Of a DNA stretch of 64,000 nucleotides, positions 13,496-26,211 are shown piece by piece. The notes under the pieces were generated by a model that had not been told where the DNA came from, ran no database searches, and saw only the letters and a program-made list of their open reading frames with translations. Each line of letters opens with the position of its first letter. Positions within the stretch are counted from its first letter, which is position 1. The DNA is from Euprymna scolopes (lineage: Eukaryota): assembly GCA_053919585.1 (NCBI GenBank), contig CM132796.1; one strand, 5' to 3'. The position numbers and the translations under genes are program-made.

Positions 13496-13924
13496 AATTG
13501 AATCGTCCATGTGAGCCACGCACATTACTCACACGCCTCGGCAGAGCGTTTTCCTTTTCAATGTAAGAAAAGATGCACGTGTATACCTTAACGAGCTCTC
13601 GCATACACAATGAATATTCAACGTGTATTTTAATGAACATCTTGTGATCACATACAGACATCAGACATACGTATGCACAATGAACATTTTACTTCATGGA
13701 TGCTTGTTCGTACACACACACACTTACACACACACACACACACACACACACTCGCACGTATACGCAAACTGTATTCTTCATATCTTCTCTGTGTAAATAA
13801 ATAGTTTTTGTACATATGCAAATGTGTAACTCTGCCTTGACGTGTTTCCTTTTGATGTCTCTTCTTTTAAATGTACTCGGTAAAGTTGCTCTTCAATGTT
13901 TAACACAAAACACTTATCTCAACA
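10866..13924 (+). mobile_element. Non-coding LTR retroelement (LTR pair enclosing ~2.2 kb without intact ORFs)
   Basis: Direct repeats of ~415 bp at 10866-11279 and 13510-13924 (TGTGAG...CTCAACA). PBS-like tggtgaccc at 11281 and tggtgaccg at ~11333 resemble the complement of the tRNA-Trp 3' end. Confidence 0.8.
12240..12660. repeat. Inserted SINE-like/interspersed repeat with internal direct duplication
   Basis: ccagctcccatttcccacctctcgggagctggtc and acattaaaaa(a)cggcctca each occur twice ~190 bp apart; related sequence on the opposite strand at ~46550-46625. Confidence 0.55.
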
Positions 13925-14140
13925 TTTCCCCGCGGACCCGCGGAAATTCTACGGTAATTGACAATTTGTAAAATACATTATAAATAAAATGAATAAAAAA
14001 TAAAATAACGAATTTAAACGAATTTTTAAACGAATTTAAAACAATTTTTTATTTTTAAAATTCTAAAGCTAAAAAGAATTGATTTAAAAAAAAAAGATTT
14101 TTTTCAATGAAAATTCAACATTGTTTTGTTTATTTAGTTG

Positions 14141-14611
14141 TTTTTTTACATAGGAGTCACCATTTATCAAGGCCCAGAGGCCACTCGAGAATAAGGGTTA
14201 AAGAGTGTACAGTAGTCACTGGGACAATATCATAGTAATCGTTAATAGTGAAAATTTGGTAAATTGCATTACTTAAGGGAAGGGCTTATCAAGAACTTGT
14301 TTAGATTGGAATTGATGATGACCATATTGTAGTCAGCAGGAAAGCAGGCAAACAGAACAGAGTGCCACAGGTGTGTAGTTCTAAGAAAGACGATTTCTTC
14401 ATGGAATCTGCGTTTAGGTTTAGGTACAGATAAAGAGTGGGGAAGATTACAGCTAGACGAGTGTTTCTCGTCAAAGTTTGGCGAGGAAAGACCATAGACG
14501 AGCACTTGCCATGAAAATAATGATACAACAGAGATAGACTCGCAACGTCTCTTCTGTGCTAAAGAGGTTGCAGGAAAAAGAAAAGGCCCACTGGGCTACG
14601 AAGTCTATTTT

Positions 14612-14649
<38 letters not shown>

Positions 14650-15110
14650 AAGGCAGGATAAGATCTTTCTAACATCTCCTGCCCAAATGTGGCAAAAATA
14701 TTCCATCCTTGGACGTACCTGGCTCTTATATATGTAGAGAATTGCATCAGCAGTGAGATATCTACTGGATCAATAGAAGGATCCCACCATTTTTCCAGCG
14801 ACCTTGGAAACGGATTTGATGTACGTGTTCCATTTGAGATCAGTAGTAAAGGCCAAGCCCAGAAGCTTGTCAAAACATGGAGTCTCCCCAAGATAAGAGC
14901 CATTCATTTCAATGCATGCCAGATGGGGATCAGAGCGTTGATGATCTTAAGCTAGAAGTTTGGTTTTAGATGCATTAAAAATAACCAGCAACTTCTTTTC
15001 CTATTGTACCACGTGTTCAAGACCAGAGAAGAGAGAATCAGAGAACTTGGTTGTTTGAAGCCGTTGATCTGCTGCCATAGATGCTAGTGCCATCAGCATA
15101 AACGTCTACG
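14141..15110 (-). mobile_element. 5'-truncated CR1/L2-clade LINE (family 1)
   Basis: RT C-terminal remnants (YADG, WLVIFNASKTKL, YKSQVRPRMEYFCHIWAG). The 3' tail ttaacccttat.ctcgagtggcct...ttgataa.tggtga.gcctatgt(A)n is shared with four other copies. Confidence 0.9.
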
Positions 15111-15296
15111 AATGATTTAAGTTTATTTTCCTAAATTATTTTTATATACCTTATAAAGGAAGAGATGTCAATTCACTTGCATATATTTTAAGTTTCAAAC
15201 GAAACTATAATAAAAAAAAAACTGACAGTCTCCTCTCAACATTAATTTTTTTTAATTATAAAATAAAATAGCCAATTCTAAACCGTAAACAGACAG

Positions 15297-15361
<65 letters not shown>

Positions 15362-15916
15362 GTTTGGGGAGGTGGAATTTCCGGTTTTAATGATTTGTAA
15401 ATGATAAAGAGCTACGATAAAGGGAGGTAATTCGTTTTTCTTTAGTTAATGTTTGCGATGATGATGTTTTTTGTTACGCTGGACATACAGGCAAGTAAAT
15501 TAATATTTTATATTTGTTATCTTTCAGGTCTCATATGACGTGTGTTCAGGTTGAAAAGCGTAGGCATAGTAGCCATTCCACAAGAAAATGGTATTCAATT
15601 TAGACAGTTAGTAGGTGTCAGCAAATGATATATCTTTATGATGCCTTCTTTGATTAATTCATGTAATAATCGCGTGGTTGTTAAATGGTTTTCTTCTTGC
15701 ACCGTAAGATTCTATTGAAGATTTCCAAATTACTTTCAAATGGCGAAGAACATTATGCAAACAACGTTTCCTGCATTTTATCTCCATTATAATATACACC
15801 TACCGTCAACAAATGACAAGAAAGTATGCTTTGCCAGTGTTCACACTCAATATATATCTACATATATTATAAAAATGAGCACATGAGATTATATTTAATG
15901 AGTAGATAGGCACTGT

Positions 15917-18900
15917 CTATCGCTCGGCTTCCATTCTCCTTCTTTGCCTAATCACAGGGATTAAACAGAAACACTCAGTGGTCGATCTTGTTCCCTGACT
16001 AGGGCAATGAACGCCGTTTTCCCCTCTCCCGACACATCCCATCCCTCTAAACTGGGGACTTGGGAGTGCTTGAATGCCATAATGCCAGTACGAGTAGATT
16101 GGGTAGATCATCATCTGATGGCTTGGGGGTACCGGATTGACAGTTCCTGGCTGCTGTTTCCGACGCATAGTACAAAAGCCCTTACTCTTTGGTAGCGATT
16201 AGAGCGGCTGATCCATCAACAGTTGAATAATATCTGGATGTTTGTAGTGCCATGTTGTGCATGGAAACGGACCCTGCACTCATCCCCGGTTGGCTTTCCT
16301 GAGGCCACAATCCTAGTAGATGGAGGGTCATCTGGTGGTCTACTTGTATTGCATGTCTAGTATTCTGCAAAACCACTTGTTCAGCACCCCTTATCTGAAC
16401 TGAAACTTTAAAAAATGACAGTATAATCTAAAATTACGCTTAAACCAGGACAAAACTCAAACAAAACCAAATTGCCTCCTCCCTTGAGGCTTGCATTTAC
16501 GAACATCCATGGGCTTAGAACTAATTTAAATTGTTTTGAAGCATTTCTCCTAACAAACACCCCGGATATCTTAGCACTATGTGAGACTAACCTACACTCC
16601 TACACTCCCTCTAATTACTTTAACATGCCCGGATATCTTCCACTCTGCCGTAAGGACTCTGACAAACTTATGCACGGGCTTGGAGTTTATATTCGAAACA
16701 CCCTCGCCATGACTCGAGAAACAAAAGTAGAATCGGATGGTCAAGCCTTTATGTGCTTTAGACTTAACATGCAACATGTCAGTAGTTACTTTTATTTTCT
16801 CTACCCTTCTCCCTCGACCCAGGACTCTACCCGAATAAACAAAGCCTCTGACAGCATAGATACAGCACTTTCCTTCGACTAGCGCACAAATGCATGTATT
16901 TGGTGACTTCAATGTCCACCACAACAACTGGCTTGGATTTTATACTTACACAGACGCAGCTGGTAGTACAACATATAGCTTCTCTATATCTCATTCCCTA
17001 TCACAGATGGTTAGGTTTTCAACCAGCAAGAATAACATGCATCACTTTTAAATCTGTGTCTGACCACAGTTCCTGATGATTGTGTTACGAATGCCCACAG
17101 CCCACTTGGGAATGCTGATCATGTAGTGATAATAGTTGAAATCACTCTAAACTCTAGAGCTAAAACGAAAGAACCATTGCTCAAAACAACGAGATATTGT
17201 ATAAAGGCTGACTGGGAAGCCATCGGGGATCTAAGCAGAGACGCCCCATGGCGAAATATCTTTTCACTTCCTGCTGAACAGTACGCAAATGAGACCACTT
17301 AATGGTTCAAAACAGCAATTGAAGCACATGTTCCTACGTGGAAGTTTTATAGCAAGCCCCACTCTCCCCAATGGTTTACTTCCACATGTGCAGCTGCCAT
17401 CGCCCAAAGGCAGCATGCGTACTGCAGATTTAACCGACATAAGTCCAGTTAAAACAGACAGAAGTATATAGAAGCCAGAAATAACTGTAAGAACGAAATT
17501 GCGACAGCTAAGAGAGAATTTACTGAAACCACCCAAAAACGCATCGGATCTCAGAAATTAGGAACCCATAACTTCTGTAAAATCTACAACAGTGTAGTAA
17601 ATAATGGGCAATCAACAATTCCCCCACAATCCAACAATCATGAGGTTGTTTGCTCAGCAACCGAGAAGGCTAACATGCTTGCAGTCGGTTTGCCTCCAAC
17701 TCCATACTGGACCCTGCTAACCACCCCTCTCTTATTTTCCTTTGCGGACTGATGCCACACTAGACGATCTGAAAATCACCCCTTCTCAGGTGCATGCTAT
17801 CATAAAAATTCTTGACACTTCAAAAGCATGTGGACCTGATCACATCCCAGCTGTACTATTAAAAAAGTGATCCGCCGAAGTAGCTCCGGTTCTCTTTAAA
17901 CTTCACAACAAATGCCTTAATGAATCTTGCTTTCCTGACTGCTGGAAAGCTGCTTCTGTGGTACCAGTTTTTAAGAATTCTGGCGAAAGAACTGACCTAG
18001 TAAATTATCGCCACATTAGCCTCCTCCCACTTTTCGCCAAAATATTTGAGTCCATAATTACGAGGGACGTGCAATAAATAATGCTCCTGACCCACTTCCT
18101 ATAGAAGTAAAGCAACGAAACACAGTTCTACATAGAAACCACCCAGAGTTTTGCATTTCTCCCACCGTTTGATGCAGTTCTGGAGACCGTTTTGTAGAAC
18201 ACCTCAGGTTGGTCCTTCAACCATGACGTGACTTCAGAAATAAAGGCTGCATCATCTGGGAAACGCTTTCCTTTCAAAAAAAACTTCATGGCTGGGAAGA
18301 GGTGAAAGTTAGAGGGTCCCAGGTCAGGAGAGTAGGGAGGATGGGGAAGTATTTCATAACCACACGCCCGTGCTTCTGATCTGGCGACATGCGAGTTGTG
18401 GATCGGAGCGTTGTACTGCAGGAGGAGGGTACCTTTGCGGATCTTGCCCCGCCTCTTGATTTTGATAGCTTCCTTAATTTTCTCAAAAGTGAAGCATAAT
18501 AGACTCCTTTAATTGTGGTACCCTTTGCCGGGAAATCTGTCATCATTACTCCGTCCTGGTCCCAGAAGACTGTGAGCATGACCTTGCCAGTGGAGGGCCG
18601 CACGCTTGCCTTCTTTGGGGGGTGAGTCCAAGTGCTTCCACTGTATTGACTGGCCTTTGTCTCTGGATTATAGTGATGGACCCAGGTTTCATCCTGTGTA
18701 ATCAGTCTTTTGAAAAACTTTGACTCATCTTCTTGGCACATCTCCAAATTCATCCTCGAGCACTCGACGCGTTCTTACTTCTGGAATGGTGTGAGCAACC
18801 TGGGAATTCATCTGACAGACACCTTATGCATATGCAAATGGTAATGAATGATAGTTTCCGCATACCCGGTACTAATCTTGACATATTGGGCTATTTCGTG

Positions 18901-20643
18901 GATAGTAATGCGTCGATCTTCCAAAATGGCAGCCTCAACTTGACGGACAGATGCCTCATCAATGGCAGGAGGGAAACCAGGTTTGGGAGCTGTTTCCACA
19001 GACTTCCGGCCATGTTTGAATTCACGATGCCAGTGTTTTACAGGGTCATATGATGGAGAATCGTCACCATAAGTTTCTTTCATTTCATCAAAAGTCTCCT
19101 GTGGTGTGCGTCCTTTCGAATACAAAAACCGGATCACTGCTCGACATTCAACAGGCTCCATTTCACACCTGACTCAGTTCAAACACATGTAAAACAGAAA
19201 CCACAATTAGTTCAGAGCTGTAATTTACCACATAACTCGTAGAGATATAAAACATTGCACATGCAAAATTTCAGCTAGATCAGACAACTGGAAGTGTGTC
19301 AGGGGCATTACTTATTGCACGCCCCTCGTAACCAAGCTGTAGTCCAACAATTTACAGATGCTAAACTTCTTACTGGTCAACAATATTGATTTAGGCAAGC
19401 CCGTTCCACGGCAGATATTCTAAGTGTAATCTCAGAACGTATATACCTGTCACTGGACAAAGCAGGGGAGGGTACAGCGGTAGCTCTAGATATATCTACG
19501 GATTTTGACAGGGTATGGCATGAAGGTCTTCTCAGGAAAATCAGATCTTATGGTATCACTGGAAGAATACTTAACATAATTAAATCTTTCTTAGATAAGA
19601 GAAACCCCCCAGGTTGTCCTCGATAGTCATACATTTAAACAATATGATATAAATGCGGGACTGCCTCAGGGGTCTATCCTCGGACCTCTATTATTCCTAA
19701 TATTCATAAATTACCTCCCTGACAGAATTGTCTGTGAGATCGGTACATATGCTGAGGACACCACGCTCTATAACAGACACGACAGGAAAACAAATGAACA
19801 CATATCTAAGAAATGGCAGAAATACTAGAGGACGACCTCCAATCTGTAGTGAAATGGGGACAAAAATGGATTATCACATTCAATGCTGCAAAGACTAAAC
19901 TTGTTTCCTTCAATAATTACAAGAAACCTTCTCTACCACCAATAGCAATGGCCAAAGACTCTTTATCTGAAAGTACATCTTTTAAACTCCTCGGCCTAAC
20001 GTTCACAGGAAACATGAGTTGGAAAAATTACATTGAGAGCATTGCCAGGACCGCTGCGAAAAAGGTAGGCTCTCTCTGCCGTGCTGGAAAGCTACTAATG
20101 ACCGAAAGTATCCTGTACCTCTATAAGGCCACCATTCGCCAATGTATCAGTATTGTTTTCATATTTGGGATGGTGCATCTGCTACTAGTCTCTCGTTCCT
20201 AGACAAGATTCAAAAGAGAGTCGCCAACCTGAATGGTCCTGAACTGTCATCTAAGCTTTAGCCTCTCTCCCATCGATGAAATGTAGCATCCCTCTGCCTG
20301 TTCTATAAGTAATTTAACGGTGAATGCTCCGACGAACTGCAAGCACTTGTAACCCCTCGAAGTAAATATCCCCGACAAACCCGACAAGCAGCTAAATCCC
20401 ACCCCTTCACAGTTGAAATCCCTAGATGTAAGAGAGCCTTCTACTCCTGTAGTTTCTTCCCCAGAACAGCAAGACTTTGGAACTCCCTTCTGTACTGATA
20501 TACAGAAGTTCAAGTGTAACGTGAACCGACATCTTGCTGCCCAAACCCCCTACATAGTACCCCTGAAACTTAGGTCTCTGATAGTGGCCCCCTACATCAA
20601 AGTGGCAATGTGCCTTGTTTGGGGTGAAAATGTAATTAAAAAA
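15917..20643 (+). mobile_element. Near full-length degenerate CR1/L2-clade LINE (APE endonuclease + RT), interrupted by mariner
   Basis: TNIHGL, DILALCET and GDFNVHH endonuclease motifs from 16472; NYRHISLL, GLPQGSILGP, YAEDT, WGQKWIITFNAAKT RT motifs; A-rich end at ~20640. 5' boundary approximate. Confidence 0.9.
18061..19328 (-). mobile_element. Full-length mariner (DD34D-type), transposase pseudogene
   Basis: 39-bp TIRs (cgagggacgtgcaataaataatgctcctgacccacttcc, 4 mismatches), TA TSD on both sides. Transposase from 19161 down (RAVIRFL, ITQDETWVHHY, HPPYSPDL) has stops/frameshifts and mutated 2nd and 3rd catalytic Asp. Confidence 0.96.
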
Positions 20644-20752
20644 TATATATATATATATATATAACGGCGTCAGTAATTTAACTTTTCGTGTATATAAATT
20701 ATTATTAACATTTCCGACAACTCTAGCGTCCAAAAAAAATAACTGTTGACTT

Positions 20753-21010
20753 TGTAGCATCTGCTATATATGCCTGGAACAAATTTCTAGCAGAGACATT
20801 CTAAGTATGGAGTATCTAAGTATTGAGTATCTAAGTATGGAGTGTGAATAAAGACACGACGTCGTAATTTGCCTATCCACACACATGTGATAAAAGGATT
20901 ATGTTATGCTTCGTGCGCAATAATGCAACAAATAGTCTGGAATGTTCCAGAACTCTCCTATATAAGGTTTTGCGCACATATATCAAATCAGCCTAGGATG
21001 CAATGCTACA
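20753..21010. repeat. Possible solo LTR
   Basis: Terminal TGTAGCA...TGCTACA inverted ends, internal AATAAA and TATATAA, short tandem gagtatctaagtat; no matching TSD. Confidence 0.35.
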
Positions 21011-21149
21011 AATAACAACACCGCTGCACGACTCCAACATGACTTCGCTCGCGTCATACACTTAAATTCCCAGTATGGAAAGTACTATATGAAACGAGAA
21101 TTAATTATTTTGAACAAGTTAATTAGCACTGCTGTTTGCATAGATATTG

Positions 21150-21187
<38 letters not shown>

Positions 21188-22177
21188 AACAAACACACAC
21201 ACACACATGTCACTTAAGCAATTAATGACTTTCTTTTGCCTCCAGGAAATTACTTGGTGAAAATCTGTAATCACGAACTTTTTGCCTTTTCTACGAGACA
21301 CCCATTAACAAAAACTATCTAATGAACACTTGTTGCAAACACCTGGAATATTTTGAATAACTTTTTCTTAAACATGTTAATAAAAACTCTTATTTAATCC
21401 CAGTACAGCATACAGCGATCTAAAGTTTTTATTCGGATGTTGTTATTTTTTTTTTAAGTTATTCACGCCTTTTAAATGTATGTGGATGTGGATGTGACTC
21501 GGTAGGACCCTTCTGTAAATCAAATTTATCTTTAATGGTCCCAGTGGTGCTCTACGACTTTCGACTTATAGATATCCCTGCATCTGCAATCATGATCTCT
21601 AAAATCGATAGATCGTGATTACAAATTGGTTATCCTGCCGAACCACACCCCACATATCTTATAACGTTTTATTATGGAATATATGGTTATTTTCCTAATT
21701 TATCTCTGGCGGCGGGATGAATATAAGGTGGTTGTCTGACTTGCTATTTGCTTTCGCGCTTCCCTTCACCACATATTTTTTTTTCTTGGAACTAGAAAAC
21801 AGCAAATAAAATATGCAATTGCTCTTTATTAGAGAGAAAGGGGAAAATAGAAAGAGAGCACACAGTGAGAAAAAAAATAGAGAAAGTGTGAGGGAGGGGT
21901 AAGAGAAAGAAAATGTGATTAAAACCTGTCTTCCAGTCTCATAGAACATGTGTAAATCCAAATGTACTTAATTGTACGATTTCAATAAAGTTACTAAGGG
22001 AAGTTACACTTACTATAGGAGTTGCTTCCCTTTCATTTATTCTTTTAATGATAAGTTGTTTTTAGAGACATTTTTCCTATATTGTAGAAAAATATAATCT
22101 TCGAATATTGCTTGATTTCACTTGTTACCGTGTTAAGCAACTGTCTACGTCACTCAAATACATCGATTATCAGTTCA

Positions 22178-22246
<69 letters not shown>

Positions 22247-22249
<3 letters not shown>

Positions 22250-23642
22250 TGATGATCATATTTATTGGCACGGTAAAATAAAAGTTAAATTTTGTCTAAT
22301 AAATTCTAAAAAAGGGATTAAATTAAAGAAAATAACAAAGTATATTATGTATTTTTAACTGGCCTTTCCGATGCAGCAATCGGATTTTAGAAAAAATAAA
22401 TAACAAAGGAACAACAAACATAATTGCAAAAAACCCTTGTTCAAAATTATTGGCACGATTTATTTAATAATCAATTGTATAGCCTTTGGCCTTGATTACC
22501 TTCCTCAGTCGCTGTTCATAGTTTACAACCAAGTTGTTGCACTCTTCAGTAGTAATTTTAGCCCACTCTTCCTGACAATAATCCTCCAATTGAATAAGAT
22601 TCTTAGGCTTCCTTTGCATTACCCTCAATTTTAATGTTCTCCATAAATTTTCAATTGGATTAAGGTCTGGGCTTTGTGATGGCCACTCCAAAACATTAAT
22701 ATGATTGTCCTCAAGCCATTTCTTAGTCAGTTTAGCCGAATGCTTTGGGTCATTATCTTGCATGAACCACCAACGACGACCAAGTGAGAGCTCTTTAGCA
22801 GAGTCTTTCAGGTTTTCATCCAATATTTTAACATAATCTTCCTTTTTTATGCTACATGTGACCTTAACAAGTCGCCCTGGTCCAGAGGCAGCAAAGGATC
22901 CCCAAAACATCAAACTGCCTCCACCGTGCTTCACTGTGGGTATGGTGTTCTTAGGCAGGAAAGCTTCGCCAGATTTTCTGTAAATATAAGACACTTTATT
23001 ATGGCCAAATAACTCTATTTTCGTTTCGTCAGTCCATAGAACACGTTTCCAGAATGCAACATCTTTATCAATATGACGTTTTGCAAAGGCTAGCCTTGCT
23101 TTCAGGTGCATAGGCTTCAATAAGGGAGTCTTTCTCGGACGACATGCTTTTAAATCAGCTCTCTTCAAAACTCTACCAACTGTATGTCGAGATACATTCA
23201 CTCCAGAGGTGCTCTGTTCATCGCTGTGTTCCTTAGTTTTAACCATGGCGATTGAAAATTATAATTTAGTCACTTATAATAGTTTAAATAAATCGCTATC
23301 TAAAAATTATCTGAAAAAAATTATTCACTGAATTAGCGTTAAACAAGCATAATATGGCTATAAAAAAGTTCAGAAATCACGTAAACCGGAAATTGATTGA
23401 TATTATACTGATACTAAAAGAAAAACAAAGCCGTGCCAATAATTTTGAACAAGGGTTTTTTGCAATTATGTTTGTTGTTCCTTTGTTATTTATTTTTTCT
23501 AAAATCCGATTGCTGCATCGGAAAGGCCAGTTAAAAATACATAATATACTTTGTTATTTTCTTTAATTTAATCCCTTTTTTAGAATTTATTAGACAAAAT
23601 TTAACATTTATTTTACCGTGCCAATAAATATGATCATCACTG
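22247..23642 (-). mobile_element. Young Tc1-like element of IR/DR type
   Basis: 211-bp near-identical TIRs (22247-22457, 23432-23642) starting CAGTG, inner and outer direct repeats ttattggcacg, flanked by TA within (TA)n. Confidence 0.97.
22464..23246 (-). CDS. Tc1 DD34E transposase with in-frame N-terminal deletion (260 aa)
   Basis: Open frame; LWTDETK, VKHGGGS, QDNDPKH, WPSQSPDLNPIENLW with exactly 34 residues between D and E. Shorter than the ~340 aa typical of the family. Confidence 0.9.
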   Translation of the reverse strand: MVKTKEHSDEQSTSGVNVSRHTVGRVLKRADLKACRPRKTPLLKPMHLKARLAFAKRHIDKDVAFWKRVLWTDETKIELFGHNKVSYIYRKSGEAFLPKNTIPTVKHGGGSLMFWGSFAASGPGRLVKVTCSIKKEDYVKILDENLKDSAKELSLGRRWWFMQDNDPKHSAKLTKKWLEDNHINVLEWPSQSPDLNPIENLWRTLKLRVMQRKPKNLIQLEDYCQEEWAKITTEECNNLVVNYEQRLRKVIKAKGYTIDY

Positions 23643-23649
23643 TATATAT

Positions 23650-24503
23650 ATATGGTGAAAGGATAAATTTTTAACCCTAAAAAAATAACACTGCAGCTTT
23701 ATTTTAAAACTTTTGTTGAAAACATCACTTCAGGTAACTTGAAAAGTAAAGCTGACATCTATTCAATGTAGCTGCCTTCAGCCTCAATCACCGCCTTAAT
23801 ACGGGTCCAGAACTGGGAACGTGCCGAATACTCGGCAGATGGTGGCGCTCAGGCTGGCTTTGGTGTTGTGGGGAGGTCACGTTGGTGATGTTCTCGACGT
23901 ATGACTAAACCAAGTAGTCTAGCAGATTCAGGTCGGGGGAGGAGGGTGGCCAGCAAGAGACGGGTTCAAAGTCGTAGCATTCTTTCTGAAGCCAAGCCTT
24001 TATCTCTTTGGACTTGTGGGCTGGTGCAACAAAATCCTGCTGCTGCACCCAGGATCTGCCAGCGACCACTTGATCACCACACTCTTCAGCACATCCAGGT
24101 ACACTTTAGTGTTGACTTTCAAGCCAATGTCGGAGATGTGAGGTGGCATGATGTGGTCCTCGCTTGAAACCACATCAAAGACCATAACCGTGGTCAGAAA
24201 CTTCGTTGGGCTGTGCCCTCATGCGTTAAATCGTCCAGATTTGCATTTTGAGGGTGCTGACAATAGTCCTGTTGTTGTAATTACGACTGGTAGAGAGCAT
24301 GAGTTGTACAGTGGTGCATCTCCATCTCGCTTGTTGAATATTGTGTCACTTTTAGACATGTTAGAAAGCTTCTATCGTTCTTGGGATTTATGCACAACTG
24401 GCCAACTGGTAGGTGGTCTGCAACAACATAAAAAGAAAAACGGTTTTCATCAAACGGAAATGGAATCATGTCTTTTCTAAGGCGACAAGTTTATCATTCC
24501 ACC

Positions 24504-24510
<7 letters not shown>
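23650..24510 (-). mobile_element. Degenerate maT/DD37D-like Tc1/mariner relic
   Basis: Minus-strand remnants VSSEDHIMPPHI..GLKVNTKVYLDVLKSVV, QQDFVAPAH, PDLNLLDY; weak terminal inverted similarity. Confidence 0.75.
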
Positions 24511-24572
<62 letters not shown>

Positions 24573-24574
24573 GC

Positions 24575-24778
24575 TGTAATCCTAACTCCCAACACTGATA
24601 ATTCCCGAAAGGATGTATTTCTTCCGGTTAACATGTGGCCGTGTGGTTTGTTCCTTGCTAATGGGGTCAGAGATGGCTTCTTGTCTGGGTTCGAATCTCC
24701 CACCAAGCTTTAATCATAACTCCCTACACTGATGAATCACGAAAGAAATTAATACTAGTGTCTGTAGGTATTAAAAAA

Positions 24779-24783
<5 letters not shown>
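24575..24783 (+). mobile_element. tRNA-derived SINE-like element ending in a degenerate hammerhead (family C)
   Basis: A box tggccgtgtgg 24636-24646, B box ggttcgaatc 24688-24697, then cctaca-CTGATGA-...-actagtg-TC-tgtagg (24723-24768); followed by (TA)n. Confidence 0.7.
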
Positions 24784-24827
<44 letters not shown>

Positions 24828-24896
24828 TGGACATTTTCTTTGATCGGGGTACAGTTTCTTGTTGATATATATATATATATCGCCTGTCCTTATCTC

Positions 24897-24933
<37 letters not shown>

Positions 24934-25039
24934 GCCGTCGTCATCGTCATCGTCAGATAACCCTTATGTTTTCACCTGTTTTTTTTTGGGGGGGGGGGGG
25001 TTCAATTTGTTGTTACCTGATGTAATGAATATGAATACA

Positions 25040-26190
25040 TCCGGGTATTTTCTCTTTGCAAGATTGTGATTGGCCGGCTACATCATAAGTACCGATTGGA
25101 ATAATACTATTAGAGAACTCCGGTTGCGCTAGAAAAGGTGAAACGGGTCCGATTAGAAGGATGATTTCATTAGAACAATGAAAACGCTTGAAAAAGATTT
25201 GTGGAATGAGAAAAATAAAAACAGGAAGCAGTGTGTCACCCTTTTCTATATGCGACCAGGTATTGCTATACGCAGACAGAGTAGTAATGCCGGCTGCTCT
25301 GCAGAAAAGAATGCTCAAAGAATTTCACATGGGCCATCCAGGCATTTCACGAATGAAATCGTTAATGAGAAGTTATATATACCTAGGATCGATCAGACAT
25401 AGAAAAGGTGGTGATATGATGCAGAGAAGGGATCCACCGGTAAAAATTCAGCCATGGCTACAGACGGATGTTCCATGGACTCGATTGCATATCGATTATG
25501 CAGAACCAATAAATGGATGGTATTATTTGGTCATTGTGGAGAGTTTCACAAAGTCGCCAAAAATTGTTAAACACATATATCAAACGGCAACAAAAAAAAA
25601 ACACTTAATGAAATTTTTAGTCGTTTTGAAATCGCCCAGAATTTAGTCAGCAACAATGGAACACAGTTCACAGGAAAAGAATTTAAGGAACGCTATAAAT
25701 TATCGACCATTAAGCACGTGACAATGCCAGTTTACCATCCAAGATCAAAAGAAATGGCAGAAAAAGTTGTGGACACATTTAAACGAGCTGTAAAGAAGAA
25801 ACAAGTCATGGACACAAATAAAATTCAGAATTTTTTTTGTCAGTTTACAGAATCACGCCAAACTTAAATATGATGCCATGTTTATCGCCAGTAGAGTTAA
25901 TGTTTACAAGAAAAATATGTACCATCTTTCATACGCTGTATCCTATTCTGGTGAAGAAACCATCAATAAAAGTAAAACAGATGACTAAAGTTGGACAAAG
26001 TGTTTTTACAAAAACTTTTGGGATTAAAGAATGTTTTAGGAAGAAAGAATAGTAACCAAAAAAGTTGACCAGATCATATATGACAGAAAAGGAAACACAT
26101 TTCCGCGCAAAAAGCCTAATCACACTACAGAAGTTATGGAAAAGACCAAAGGGATTCCAATGGAAGTCATATGTGATGCATTTTAAATTC
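25040..26190 (+). pseudogene. Gypsy integrase fragment
   Basis: HMGHPGISRMKSLMRSY zinc-finger region, PWTRLHIDYA, VSNNGTQF, YHPRS..MAE, YRITPN motifs with frameshifts. Confidence 0.88.
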
Positions 26191-26211
26191 CTGTCCTGAT
26201 AACCTCTATCT

